DNA of 61,926 bases, filler included, from Chiloscyllium plagiosum (GCF_004010195.1; 3 parts of one record of this genome joined end to end with filler, not necessarily neighbours in it), one strand, 5' to 3'. Counted from the whole stretch's first letter, positions 11,595-23,945 are shown. Translations and numbers: made by a program. The notes: generated from the letters alone by a model not told the origin.

Positions 11595-12215
11595 TGTGTG
11601 TGTGTGTATGTCTGTGTGTCTGTGTGCGTGTGTGTGAGAGAGAATGTATGTGTTTGTCTGTATGTGTGTTTCCATGTGTGTATATGTGTATGTATTGTAT
11701 GTCTGGTGTGAGAGAAAGTATGTGTGAGTTTGTGTGTCTGTGTGAGTGTGAGTGCCTGTGTGCGTGTGTGTGTGTGTGTGTGTCTGCGTGTGTGTGCGTG
11801 ACCTGTAATGTGATATGAACCCAAGTTCCCAGTTGAGGCCCTCCGTATGGGTACCGAACTTAGTATCAGCTTCTGCTCGGGCAGTTTTTGCTNNNNNNNN
11901 NNNNNNNNNNNNNNNNNNNNNNNNNNNNNNNNNNNNNNNNNNNNNNNNNNNNNNNNNNNNNNNNNNNNNNNNNNNNNNNNGTGATTGTGTGTGTGCATGT
12001 ATGTGCTTGTGTATATGTGTATGTATTGTATGTGTGTTTGAGAGAGAGAAAATACATGTGAGTGTGTATGTGAGCATGTGTGTTGGTGTGAGTGCGTGTA
12101 TGTGAGTGTGTATGTGAGTATGTGTGTTCATGTGCGTGTGTGTGTGCACGCGCGCGCGTGTGTGAGATAAAGAGTGTGTGTGTGTGGGAGAGAGAGAGTG
12201 TTTGTGTGAGAGTGC
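11595..12215. repeat. TG-rich microsatellite flanking a PLE endonuclease C-terminal fragment (11800-11892, minus) and a gap
   Basis: (TG)n-like runs; the fragment translates to ..KFGTHTEGLNWELGFISHY, resembling the end of a PLE GIY-YIG domain. Confidence 0.7.
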
Positions 12216-12680
12216 GAGTGACTTGGTGGGGAACTTGCAGGGGGTGGTGTTCACATGTATCTGCTGCCCTCATCCGTCGAGATGGAAGGAGTCGTGGGCT
12301 TGGAATCTTTGGTGAATTTCTGTATCTGCTGCTACTGAGTGTCGGTGGGGGAGGGAGTGGATGTTTGTGGATGTGGTGCCAATCAAGCGGGTGCTGCTTT
12401 GTCCTGGATGATGTCAGGATTCTTGAGTGTTGTTGGAGCTGCCCCCATCCAGGCAAGTGGGGAGTATTCCATCACACTCCTGACTTGTGCCTTGGAGATG
12501 GTGGACAGGCTTTGGGGAGTTGGGAGGAGTGTTACTCACTGCAGGATTCCTAGCCTCTGGCCTGCTCTTGTAGCCACTGTTTCTGTGGTGAGGCCAGCTC
12601 AGTTTCTGGTCTGTGGTAACCCCAAGATGTTGATAGTAGGGAATTCAGTGATCGTTACATCATTGACTGTCAAGGGGAGG
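12215..12680 (-). mobile_element. LINE family B ORF2 C-terminal fragment
   Basis: Reverse reads TISKAQVRSVMEYSPLAWMGAAPTTLKN; homologous to 51692-51955. Confidence 0.8.
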
Positions 12681-12979
12681 GCGGGTGGGTGTGGCTACCA
12701 TCTAATGAGGCCTACTCTGATGGATATTGGGAGGGCTCTGTCAGGGAGCAATGAACATCACAAAGATAGCAGCAGAAATGAAAGGAAAGAGCGATTCAAC
12801 AAAAACTTACATTTGTACGATATCTTTAACAAAATAAAATATTCCAAGGAAATGTGCAGAGACATTTATTCAAAAGGAGATGGAGGATGATTAGTACCAT
12901 AAAAGAGAACATGGAGAAATCTAAAAATGCTTAAGGAGAGAATTTCTGATCATTGCAATGTAGTGGAAGTGATTATCTA

Positions 12980-13467
12980 CTTGCAGCTCTGCAGGACATT
13001 GGTACAGGACGTTCGGAGTATTACATTCAGTTCTGCTCTCCCTCCCATTGGAAGGATGTTGTGAAACTTGAAAGGGTTCAGAAAAGATTTACAAGGATGT
13101 TGCCAGGGTTGGAGGGTTTGAGCTATAGGGAGAGGCTGAATAGGCTGGGGCTGTTTTCCCTGGAGTGTCGGAGGCTGAGGGGTGACCTTATAGAAGTTTA
13201 TAAAATCATAAGGGGCATGGATAGGATACATAGACAAACCTTTTTCCCTGGGGTGGGTGAGTCCAGAACTAGAGGGCATAGGTTTAAGGTGAGAGGCGAA
13301 AGATATAAAAGAGACCTAAGGGGCAACATTTGGATGGGTATATGAATAGGAAGGGTTTGGAGGGATATGGGCCAAGTGCTGGCAAATGGAACTAGACTAA
13401 TTTAGGATATCTGGTCAGCATGGACGAGTTAGACCGTAGGGTCTGTTTTCATCTCTCTGACTCTATA
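12980..13467 (+). mobile_element. CR1 (HER1-like) 3' fragment
   Basis: ORF 12953-13345 LERVQKRFTRMLPGL..RGDLIEVYK; 3' UTR. Confidence 0.9.
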
Positions 13468-13722
13468 AAAGAAATATTGGCCAGGACACTGGGTGGAGTC
13501 CACCCATTCTTAAACATTGCTAAAAGGCGATGTGACATGGAAGCTTTACATCAGGTACTCAAAGACAAGAAAACTAACTTTATCAAGGGCACAATAACTT
13601 ATACAGTGTGCCCTTCCTGACATTGGACATTTCTCATCCGGGCGGTTGACGCCCCAGATGAATGGTTCACATGGAAGACCCTGCCACACACTGTACTTGA
13701 GTGTCTATATTAATGTTAGCCA

Positions 13723-13952
13723 CGATGCGGGGCAGCCAGTGTGGGACTGGGGTGGACAAAGTTAAAACTCACACAACACCAGGTTATAGACCAACAGATT
13801 TATTTGGAAGCACTAGCTTTCGGAGCGCTGCTCCTTCATCAGATGGTCCTCAGGTCACAATTACCTGATGAAGGAGCAGCGCTCTGAAAGCTAGTGCTTC
13901 CAAATAAACCTGTTGGACTATAACCTGGTGTTGGGTGAGTTTTAACTTTATG
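13723..13952. mobile_element. PLE family C inverted-repeat mini-element with two hammerhead cores
   Basis: ~85-bp inverted arms 13758-13842 and 13865-13949; TSD-like aatgttag(c/g)ca at 13712-13722 and 13953-13963. Confidence 0.82.
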
Positions 13953-14552
13953 AATGTTAGGCAGACTGGGGAGTGAGATTTGAACCCATAATCACTGATG
14001 GGAGGACTCAGTAGTGCTATCCAATGAACCACAGCGCTCATTGTACATGCTGGAGAAACTCAGCAGGTCTGGCAGCATCTGTGGCGAGAGAAACAGAGAT
14101 AACTTTTCGTGTCTAGTATGACCCTTCTTGATAACGGCTCAGTCCTGAAGAAGGGGATTTAATTCGCCGGTGTTACCATGGGCCTGGGGCAGAGGGAGGG
14201 AAGCTGATGTGGTGATGGACAAGATGTTTACCATCAGTATCTAATTCGAATGCATGCAGTCGTTAATGTGTGCAGTGATATTCTGTGAGCGTGACGTTTA
14301 TCCCATCATTACCCAACTGCATCTAATGCAAGGCGCTGGCCTTTACTACTTGAAGCTGTGTCATTAATGGACTGGACACTTTCAAAATAAGAGGGAATTC
14401 GGTCTGTTAACCCTTTGAGGAAGAGCTTGGTGAAGATTTGATTTGATTCATTATTGTTATATGTGACCTGGGTACAGTTTTGTTTTGTGTGCAGTGCACA
14501 CAGATACCACTAGGGAAGCTGCTGCAGAGGTTTGTGATGCTTAGCTTCCCTA

Positions 14553-14947
14553 CAGTACAGGGGCAGGCCATTCAGCCCATCGAGTCTGCACCGACCCTCC
14601 AAAGGACATCCCACTTACACTCAATCCCTGTAGCAACCACAGCTAACCCACCCTAACCTGCTCATCCATGGGAACTATGGGCAATTTCCCATGGCCAATC
14701 CACACTAACCTGCACATCCCTGAACACTATGGACAATTTCCCATGGCCAATCCACTCTGAGCTGCACAACATAGGTAATTCAACATGGCCGATCCACCTT
14801 AACCTTCGCATCTTTAGACTGTGGGAGGTAACCCACGCAGACACAGGGAGAATGTGCAAATTCCACACAGACAGTTGCCCGAGGTTGGAATTGAACCCGG
14901 ATCCCTGACACTGTGAGGCAGCAGTGCTAACCACTGAGCCACCGTGC
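14553..14947 (-). mobile_element. HE1 V-SINE with ~3 copies of the 52-bp internal unit
   Basis: Head cacggtggctcagtggttagcactgctgcc; repeated ggccaatccac..ctgcacatc. Confidence 0.88.
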
Positions 14948-15199
14948 ATTCACTGTCGGTAGGTGCAGGAAACCCAGCAGGCACAGGAAGATCCCACAAA
15001 CTGCAGCGACCAGACAATTGATTGAGCAACAAGCATGCCCAGGACAAGCTGAACCCCACCACCCCCCACCGACCCCCAACTCCGTCCAGAGACACGGTTT
15101 ACTGTGGCTCCTCTGAAAGGTGACATCCCTCAGAACGACAATGCAATCTGGAGACTAAATCTGCAGTCCTCACTTTTGCCTAGATTAAATCAGAGCTGA

Positions 15200-16330
15200 G
15201 CAAACAGGGTCTTTCTCATTGGAGTGAAGAAGGGTGAGAGGTGACTTGATAGAGGTTTACCAGACAATGAGAGGCACAGACAGAGTGGATAGACAGAGAA
15301 TTTTTTCCCTGTGTGGAAATAACTATCATGAGGGAGCATAATTTTGAGGTAATTGGAGGAAGGTTTTGGAATGATGTCAGAGGTTGGTTCTTCACTCGGA
15401 CAGTGGCAGGTGTGTGGAATGCACTGCCAGCAGTGGTAGTGGTCGAGTCAGACACATTAGGAACATATAAGTGACTCTTGTATAGGCTCATGGAAGATAG
15501 TAATGTTACGACATAGGGTTAAACCCCACTTCCTGCTCATTTAAACCTGTCACACAGAAAAGATTTATCTCGGGCAGTAATCTGTGAAAATTCAAGAGGC
15601 CAAGAACTATTTAAAGTAGAAATTAACAGCTTTATTTCTTAAAGTATAACAGAGAATAATTAACTAACAACTATTTACAACTCCTTCCCATAACCTATCT
15701 TTTACTTTCCCTTATAAAATACTGGCCCAATAAAACCCCTAATTAAAATTTACCAAAATTCAAATTTCAAAACCAGCCAGCTGTCCAATCTTCTCTTGGT
15801 ATCTTCCGCTGTCGATTTGCTCCTTCTTAGGGATTTCTGTCTCACAGATCTCAGATCGATAAAGGGACCTGTAAGAGAGTTATTGTTCAGGCAGTCTGTA
15901 CATGCTGGTGGTGTGACAGTTCTCCTCCCAACTGTTCAATTTTCCCCGGTCTTATATCCCCAAAGCATCGGATTGTGTCATTGACCTGTAAGATTGTCAA
16001 TATACTCAATTCAAACATGATTGAAGTTTGGTATTTTTGGGGGGTATAATTTAAACTGATTGGCCGAATTTGAATTTGTTTTTCTCTCCAGGCAACCAGC
16101 TACATTAACTGGGCCACATGCTACATTGTATCTTGTTGAGAACACTTGGTGCTGTCAGGTAGTTCTGCTAGCTTTTAACTCTCTTAAAGGTACAGTACAC
16201 TTCTATTCCTTCATAGCAGTAAAATGAAGGGTACTAGGTTGGTTTGATCTTAGACTAGGATAAATGGTCAGCATAATATCAAGGGGCGAAGGGCCTGTGC
16301 TTTGCTGTACTGTACTATGTTGTATGTTGA
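15200..16330 (+). mobile_element. CR1 3' fragment split by a solo LTR
   Basis: gaggtgacttgatagaggtttac..tggaatgcactgcc before 15503; gatcttagactagg..gaagggcctgtgc tail after 16222. Confidence 0.8.
15504..16218. mobile_element. Solo LTR (715 bp), TG...CA, 4-bp TSD
   Basis: Starts tgttacga, ends tcatagca (imperfect inverted termini); gtaa at 15500-15503 and 16219-16222; host CR1 is continuous across it. Confidence 0.85.
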
Positions 16331-16967
16331 AATGCTTTGCATCAGTACAAGAGAGCACGAGAAGACACTAATCACCATCCAGGACAAAGCAGCCTACATC
16401 CCAGACATCACTCCCTCCCCCACCGACACTCAGTAACAGCAGTGTGGACTATCTACAAGATGCACTGCAGAAATTCACCAACGTTCCTCACACAGCACCT
16501 TCCAAACCCACGACCAAGGGGCCGAGGGTATGAAAGATTATCAGGGATATGCAGGAATGTAGCGGTTAAAATCAGATCATCCGCGATTGTACTGAATGGG
16601 GGAACAGGTTTGGAAAGGGCCGAATGGCCTGCTCTTGCTCCTGGTTCACGTTCTTGTGCGTCGGCCTGGTTTGGATTTGGCTGTCAACATGTTTCCGTCT
16701 CGAAGGTCGAGGGACCATCCCCGACTGTGCAGGCCGCTCCCTCAGGCCTGGGTCAGAGCTGACTACAAAGCGGGCAATGCCAGCCAATGACTCTCCAACG
16801 CTGTTGAACAAACTCAAGGTCCTAACGGTTCCAACTGCAGTGGGGGTGAGGGGGTGGGGGGGGAGGGTGAGTTATTTATTCTTGTTGGTGCGGTCTCTGT
16901 TCGTGTTGATCCTATCAGGGCCCGTTCCAACACTCCCAGTCACTGTCACAGAGGCCTGACAATGGCG

Positions 16968-17230
16968 TAGAATCCCTATAGACTGGAAACAGGCCCTTCG
17001 GCCCAACAAGTCCACACCAACCCCTCCAAAGAGTAACTCTATATTTACCCCTGACTAATGCATCTAACACTATGGGCAATTTCCCATGGCCAATCCCCCC
17101 TGACCTGCACATCTTTGGACTGTGGGAGGAAACCGGAGCACCCGGAGGAAACTCCACACAGTCAGTCGCCCGAGGCTGGAATCGAACCCGGGTCCCTGGT
17201 GCTTTGATGCAGCAGTGCTAACCACTGAGC
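16968..17230 (-). mobile_element. HE1 V-SINE
   Basis: Head, partial V-domain and tail ttgggccgaagggcctgtttcc on minus strand. Confidence 0.88.
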
Positions 17231-17893
17231 TACTGGCTGCCTCGCTCAGTGTTGATTGGTCCATGTTGGCATGGCGACGGTGGCCTAGAGATGGTGCCAG
17301 TCTTCCTGTCAGGGTGAGAGCTCTCCAACCCGAGACACACCATGACTATGACAACGCAAGGCCAGCTGGCATGTCAACTTGGCATGAGTCCCCACCCTCA
17401 CCCTCTCCGCGGCTGCCATTTCCATCTCCAACTCTGTGACATAATTATAGTCTGCAAGGAGCATCACCCACAGAGATAATAACTACGGCCATGACAATGG
17501 GGGGACAGCAAACCTCCCGCCCTCCGCACCCCTCCCCCAACATCACTTTCTTATTGATCAGAGAGCAGACCAGGCTAAACTCAAAGCAACAACAACTCGC
17601 ATTTGCCTGCCACCCACTGCACAGAAAGACCCTGGTAAAGCTGTTCAGTGGAACTTCACCTGAAAGGAGATCCTCCAGGAGCCAGTACACACACGATAGG
17701 CCGAATGGCCACCTGCTGTACAGTAAAATACAACGATTCTGTGATATATTGCAACAATGGGTGGGGCTAGGGTAAATGGTTCACAAATAATGAGAGATAC
17801 TTTGGGAAAGCAAAAAATTATACTAATGAGCATCCCCAAGAGCAGAAAATAAAGTTCACATTGCAAAGTAAAAAGTTGATTTTGATAGGTCAG

Positions 17894-18260
17894 TATGTGT
17901 GTGTGTGTGTTGAGTGACTGTATGTGTGTGTGTGTCTGTTGTGTGTCTGTATGTGCGTGTGTGTGTGTTGAGTGACTGTATGTGTGTGTGTGCCTGTTGT
18001 GTGCCGGTATGTGTCTGTGTGTGTTGTGTGTCTGTGTGTGTGTGTTGTGTGTCTGTATGTGCCTGTGTGTGTTGTGTGTCTGTGTGTGTTGTGTGTCTGT
18101 GTGTGTGTGTGTGCGTGTATAGGTGTGGGTGTCTCACAGCTCCCACAAAGAAAGATGGCTGTGGTTGACAGCAAATCAGTGTGTGTGTGTGTGTGCTGTG
18201 TCTGGTCTGTGTGTGTGACTGTTTGTCTGTATATTTGTGTGTGTGCCTGTGTGTATATGA
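17894..18260. repeat. Degenerate (TG)n microsatellite
   Basis: Seen directly in the sequence. Confidence 0.9.
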
Positions 18261-18288
18261 GTGGGTTAGGATCCCCAGAGCAGCATGA

Positions 18289-21200
18289 ACAGTGAGCCCT
18301 TGGAGGGCTGTGAGCCTGGAACAGGGTGAGCAGTGAGCTCTTGGAGGGCTGTGAGCCTGGAACAGTGTGAGCAGTGAGCCCTGGAGGGCTGTGAGCCTGG
18401 AACAGTGTGAGCAGTGAGCCCTTGGAGGGCTGTGAGCCTGGAACAGTGTGAGCAGTCAGCCCTGAAGGGCTGTGAGCCTGGAACAGGGTGAGCAGTGAGC
18501 CCCTGAAGGGCTGTGAGCCTGGAACAGGGTGAGCAATGAGCCCCTGGAGGGCTGTGAGCCTGGAACAGGGTGAGCAGTGAGCCCTGGAGGGCTGTGAGCC
18601 TGGAACAGGGTGAGCAGTGAGCCCCTGGAGGGCTGTGAGCCTGGAACAGGGTGAGCAGTGAGCCCAGGTACAGCACATGGGCTGTGAGCCTGGAACAGGG
18701 TGAGCAGTGAGCTCTTGGAGGGCTGTGAGCCTGGAACAGGGTGAGCAGTGAGCCCAGGTACAGCACATGGGCTGTGAGCCTGGAACAGTGTGAGCAGTGA
18801 GCCCCGGGAGGGATGTGAGCCTGGAACAGGGTGAGCAGTGAGCCCTGGTACAGCACATGGGCTGTGAGCCTGGAACAGGGTGAACAGTCAGCCCTGGAGG
18901 GCTGTGAGCCTGGAACAGTGTGAGCAGTGAGCCCTGGTACAGCACATGGGCTGTGAGCCTGGAACAGGGTGAGCAGTGAGCTCTTGGAGGGCTGTGAGCC
19001 TGGAACAGGGTGAGCAGTGAGTCCCTGGAGGGCTGTGAGCCTGGAACAGGGTGAGCAGTGAGCCCTTGGAGGGCTGTGAGCCTGGAACAGTGTGAGCAGT
19101 GAGCCCTGGTATAGCACATGGACTGTGAGCCTGGAACAGCATGAGCAGTGAGCCCTGGAGGGCTGTGAGCCTGGAACAGGGTGAGCAGTGAGCCCTTGGA
19201 GGGCTGTGAGCCTGGAACAGTGTGAGCAGTGAGCCCCTGGAGGGCTGTGAGCCTGGAACAGGGTGAGCAGTGAGCCCTTGGAGGGCTGTGAGCCTGGAAC
19301 AGTGTGAGCAGTGAGCCCCTGGAGGGCTGTGAGCCTGGAACAGGGTGAGCAGTGAGCCCTTGGAGGGCTGTGAGCCTGGAACAGTGTGAGCAGTGAGCCC
19401 CTGGAGGGCTGTGAGCCTGGAACAGGGTGAGCAGTGAGCCCTTGGAGGGCTGTGAGCCTGGAACAGTGTGAGCAGTGAGCCCCTGGAGGGCTGTGAGCCT
19501 GGAACAGGGTGAGCAGTGAGCCCTTGGAGGGCTGTGAGCCTGGAACAGTGTGAGCAGTGAGCCCCTGGAGGGCTGTGAGCCTGGAACAGTGTGAGCAGTG
19601 AGCCCCTGGAGGGCTGTGAGCCTGGAACAGTGTGAGCAGTGAGCCCCTGGAGGGCTGTGAGCCTGGAACAGTGTGAGCAGTGAGCCCCTGGAGGGCTGTG
19701 AGCCTGGAACAGTGTGAGCAGTGAGCCCCTGGAGGGCTGTGAGCCTGGAACAGTGTGAGCAGTGAGCCCCTGGAGGGCTGTGAGCCTGGAACAGTGTGAG
19801 CAGTGAGCCCCTGGAGGGCTGTGAGCCTGGAACAGTGTGAGCAGTGAGCCCCTGGAGGGCTGTGAGCCTGGAACAGTGTGAGCAGTGAGCCCCTGGAGGG
19901 CTGTGAGCCTGGAACAGTGTGAGCAGTGAGCCCCTGGAGGGCTGTGAGCCTGGAACAGTGTGAGCAGTGAGCCCCTGGAGGGCTGTGAGCCTGGAACAGT
20001 GTGAGCAGTGAGCCCCTGGAGGGCTGTGAGCCTGGAACAGTGTGAGCAGTGAGCCCCTGGAGGGCTGTGAGCCTGGAACAGTGTGAGCAGTGAGCCCCTG
20101 GAGGGCTGTGAGCCTGGAACAGTGTGAGCAGTGAGCCCCTGGAGGGCTGTGAGCCTGGAACAGTGTGAGCAGTGAGCCCCTGGAGGGCTGTGAGCCTGGA
20201 ACAGTGTGAGCAGTGAGCCCCTGGAGGGCTGTGAGCCTGGAACAGTGTGAGCAGTGAGCCCCTGGAGGGCTGTGAGCCTGGAACAGTGTGAGCAGTGAGC
20301 CCCTGGAGGGCTGTGAGCCTGGAACAGTGTGAGCAGTGAGCCCCTGGAGGGCTGTGAGCCTGGAACAGTGTGAGCAGTGAGCCCCTGGAGGGCTGTGAGC
20401 CTGGAACAGTGTGAGCAGTGAGCCCCTGGAGGGCTGTGAGCCTGGAACAGTGTGAGCAGTGAGCCCCTGGAGGGCTGTGAGCCTGGAACAGTGTGAGCAG
20501 TGAGCCCCTGGAGGGCTGTGAGCCTGGAACAGTGTGAGCAGTGAGCCCCTGGAGGGCTGTGAGCCTGGAACAGTGTGAGCAGTGAGCCCCTGGAGGGCTG
20601 TGAGCCTGGAACAGTGTGAGCAGTGAGCCCCTGGAGGGCTGTGAGCCTGGAACAGTGTGAGCAGTGAGCCCCTGGAGGGCTGTGAGCCTGGAACAGTGTG
20701 AGCAGTGAGCCCCTGGAGGGCTGTGAGCCTGGAACAGTGTGAGCAGTGAGCCCCTGGAGGGCTGTGAGCCTGGAACAGTGTGAGCAGTGAGCCCCTGGAG
20801 GGCTGTGAGCCTGGAACAGTGTGAGCAGTGAGCCCCTGGAGGGCTGTGAGCCTGGAACAGTGTGAGCAGTGAGCCCCTGGAGGGCTGTGAGCCTGGAACA
20901 GTGTGAGCAGTGAGCCCCTGGAGGGCTGTGAGCCTGGAACAGTGTGAGCAGTGAGCCCCTGGAGGGCTGTGAGCCTGGAACAGTGTGAGCAGTGAGCCCC
21001 TGGAGGGCTGTGAGCCTGGAACAGTGTGAGCAGTGAGCCCCTGGAGGGCTGTGAGCCTGGAACAGTGTGAGCAGTGAGCCCCTGGAGGGCTGTGAGCCTG
21101 GAACAGTGTGAGCAGTGAGCCCCTGGAGGGCTGTGAGCCTGGAACAGTGTGAGCAGTGAGCCCCTGGAGGGCTGTGAGCCTGGAACAGTGTGAGCAGTGA

Positions 21201-21940
21201 GCCCCTGGAGGGCTGTGAGCCTGGAACAGTGTGAGCAGTGAGCCCCTGGAGGGCTGTGAGCCTGGAACAGTGTGAGCAGTGAGCCCCTGGAGGGCTGTGA
21301 GCCTGGAACAGTGTGAGCAGTGAGCCCCTGGAGGGCTGTGAGCCTGGAACAGTGTGAGCAGTGAGCCCCTGGAGGGCTGTGAGCCTGGAACAGTGTGAGC
21401 AGTGAGCCCCTGGAGGGCTGTGAGCCTGGAACAGTGTGAGCAGTGAGCCCCTGGAGGGCTGTGAGCCTGGAACAGTGTGAGCAGTGAGCCCCTGGAGGGC
21501 TGTGAGCCTGGAACAGTGTGAGCAGTGAGCCCCTGGAGGGCTGTGAGCCTGGAACAGTGTGAGCAGTGAGCCCCTGGAGGGCTGTGAGCCTGGAACAGTG
21601 TGAGCAGTGAGCCCCTGGAGGGCTGTGAGCCTGGAACAGTGTGAGCAGTGAGCCCCTGGAGGGCTGTGAGCCTGGAACAGTGTGAGCAGTGAGCCCCTGG
21701 AGGGCTGTGAGCCTGGAACAGTGTGAGCAGTGAGCCCCTGGAGGGCTGTGAGCCTGGAACAGTGTGAGCAGTGAGCCCCTGGAGGGCTGTGAGCCTGGAA
21801 CAGTGTGAGCAGTGAGCCCCTGGAGGGCTGTGAGCCTGGAACAGTGTGAGCAGTGAGCCCCTGGAGGGCTGTGAGCCTGGAACAGTGTGAGCAGTGAGCC
21901 CCTGGAGGGCTGTGAGCCTGGAACAGTGTGAGCAGTGAGC
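18289..21940. repeat. 41-bp minisatellite, roughly 88 units
   Basis: Unit gtgagcagtgagcccctggagggctgtgagcctggaacagt; period 41 (gcccctggag at 19561 and 19602); variant 40- and 49-bp units at the left end. Confidence 0.98.
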
Positions 21941-22150
21941 GTGTGTCTTGGTGTGTGTGTCCTGGTGAGAGTGTGTCTGTGTGTGTGTGTGAGTGTGCAT
22001 CTGGGTGTGTGTGTCCTGATGAGAGTGTGTCTGGGTGTTTGTGGGTATGTTGTGATGAGTGTGCATCTGGGTGTGTGTTGGTGAGTGTGTGCCCTGGTGT
22101 GTGTGTGTGTGTCTTGGTGAGTGTGTGCCTGGGTGTGTGTGTGGGGGTGT
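21941..22150. repeat. Degenerate (TG)n microsatellite
   Basis: Seen directly in the sequence. Confidence 0.85.
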
Positions 22151-22621
22151 TGCGCTGAGAGATGGTTTGAGCAGTAAAAAAGCTGGTGAACCCAGGTTGC
22201 ACTCAATGGGCTCAGTGGCCTCCCTTTCCTCTGGTGTTAAAATCTGGAAAACCTGACACAGGTTTGTAAAGACTGTTCGAGAGTGAAGATAACATACTGG
22301 GGCTCATTCTGAGACCAAAGCAACACAAAAGCAAAGAAATAGCAAGAAATGTTCATGGGGTATGAGATTGTGGTGTTCTAGCATCCACCATAGAGATTGT
22401 CAGAGTGAGAGAGAGAGAGAGGTGACGGAAAGAGAGACGGAGAGCGGCGGGGGAAAGAGAGAGACAGGAAGAAAAAGAGAATGGGAGGGAGAGAGAGGGG
22501 AAAGAGCGATGGAGGAGGACAGAGAGATAGAGGGATAGATATAGAGAGAGAATATCTGTACTGGAAAAACAAAGACACAGTTGTCAAAAGCTGAGCCATT
22601 TCGGTCTGAAATGAGGAGGGA

Positions 22622-23192
22622 TAGACCAGATATCCTAAATTAATCTAGTCCCATTTGCCAGCACTTGGCCCATATCACTCCGAACCCAGATGCCTTTTAA
22701 ATGTTGCAATTGTACCAGCCTCCACCACATCCTCTGGCAGCTCATTCCATACACGTAACACCCTCTGCATGAAACAGTTGCCCCTTAGGTCTCTTTTATA
22801 TCTTTCCCCTCTCACCCTAAACCTATGCCCTCTAGTTCTGGACTCCCCCTACCCCAGGGAAAAGACTGTCTGTTTCCCCTAACCATGGCCCTCATGATTT
22901 TACAGGCCTCCGTAAGGTCACCCCTCAGCCTCCAACAATCGAGGAAAACCAGTTCCTGCTTCTTCAGCCTCTCCCTATAGCTCAAATCCTCCAACCCTGG
23001 CAACATCCTTGTAAATCTTTCCTGAACACTTCCAAGTTTCACAATATCCTTCCTATAGCAGGGAGACCAGAATTGCACACAATATTCCAACAGTGGCCTA
23101 ACCAATGTCCTGTACAGCTGCAACATGACCTCCCAGCTCCTGTACTCAATACTCTGACCAAAAAAGGAAAGCATAACAAACATCTTCTTCAC
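22622..23192 (-). mobile_element. CR1 (HER1-like) 3' fragment
   Basis: QLYRTLVRPLLEYCVQFWSPCYRKD..LRGDL in ORF 22812-23807. Confidence 0.9.
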
Positions 23193-23199
23193 TAGCCTG

Positions 23200-23945
23200 T
23201 TAGTGAGTTTTGAGAAGATTTGTAGCTCCAGTTGAGGTTCTGGATGTAAGTTTGCTCGCTGAGCTGGAAGGTGCATTTTCAGATGTTTCGTCACCATGCC
23301 AGATAACATCGGTGAAGCGCTGGTGTTAATGACCTGCTTTCTAGTTATCTGTCTTGGTCTGTTAAGGTGGGTGCTATCATTTCCGGTTCTTTTTCTCAGA
23401 GGTTGGTCAATGGGGTCCAAATCGATGTGATTGTTATTGGAGTTCCGGTTTGAATGCCAGGCCTCGAGGAATTCTTGTGCATGTCTCTGTTTGGCTTGTC
23501 CTAGGATGGATATGTTGTCCCAGTCAAAGTGGTGTCCTTCCTCATCTGTATGTGAGGGTACTAGTGAGAGAGGGTCATGTCTTTTTGTGGCTGGTTGATG
23601 TTCATGTATCCTGGTGGCTAGTTTTCTGCCTGTTTGTCCAATGTAGTGTTTGTTACAGTCCTTGCACAGTATTTTGTAAATGACATTAGTTTTGCTGGTT
23701 ATTTCATACAGGTCTTTTAGTTCCATTAGTTGCTGTTTTAGTGTGTAGGTGGGTTTGTGGGCTACCATGATGCCAAGGGGTCTGAGTAGTCTGGCAGTTA
23801 TTTCCAAGCTGACTTTGATGTAGGGGAGAGTGGCTAGGGTTTCTGGACGTGTTTGTGTCTGCTTGGGTTTGTTGCTGAGAGATCGGCGGACTGTGTTCGT
23901 TGGGTATCTGTTCTTATTGAATACGCTCTATAGGTATTTTCCTTC
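23200..23945 (-). mobile_element. Penelope-like element (Poseidon-type) GIY-YIG endonuclease and 3' end
   Basis: NVIYKILCKDCNKHYIGQTGRKLATRIHEH..FLEAWHS..HIDLDPI. Confidence 0.88.

Noticed and set aside
11510..12553. His/Thr- and Cys/Val-rich ORFs
   Set aside because: Translations of (CA/TG)n microsatellites
18289..21940. CRISPR-like array (hairpin repeat with variable part)
   Set aside because: Eukaryotic context, no unique spacers, no cas genes; the variants recur as tandem units
17890..22206. 1438-, 1266- and 1104-aa minus-strand ORFs
   Set aside because: The 41-bp unit has no stop on the minus strand, so all three frames are open and give the same permuted peptide; the starts lie in or next to a CA microsatellite
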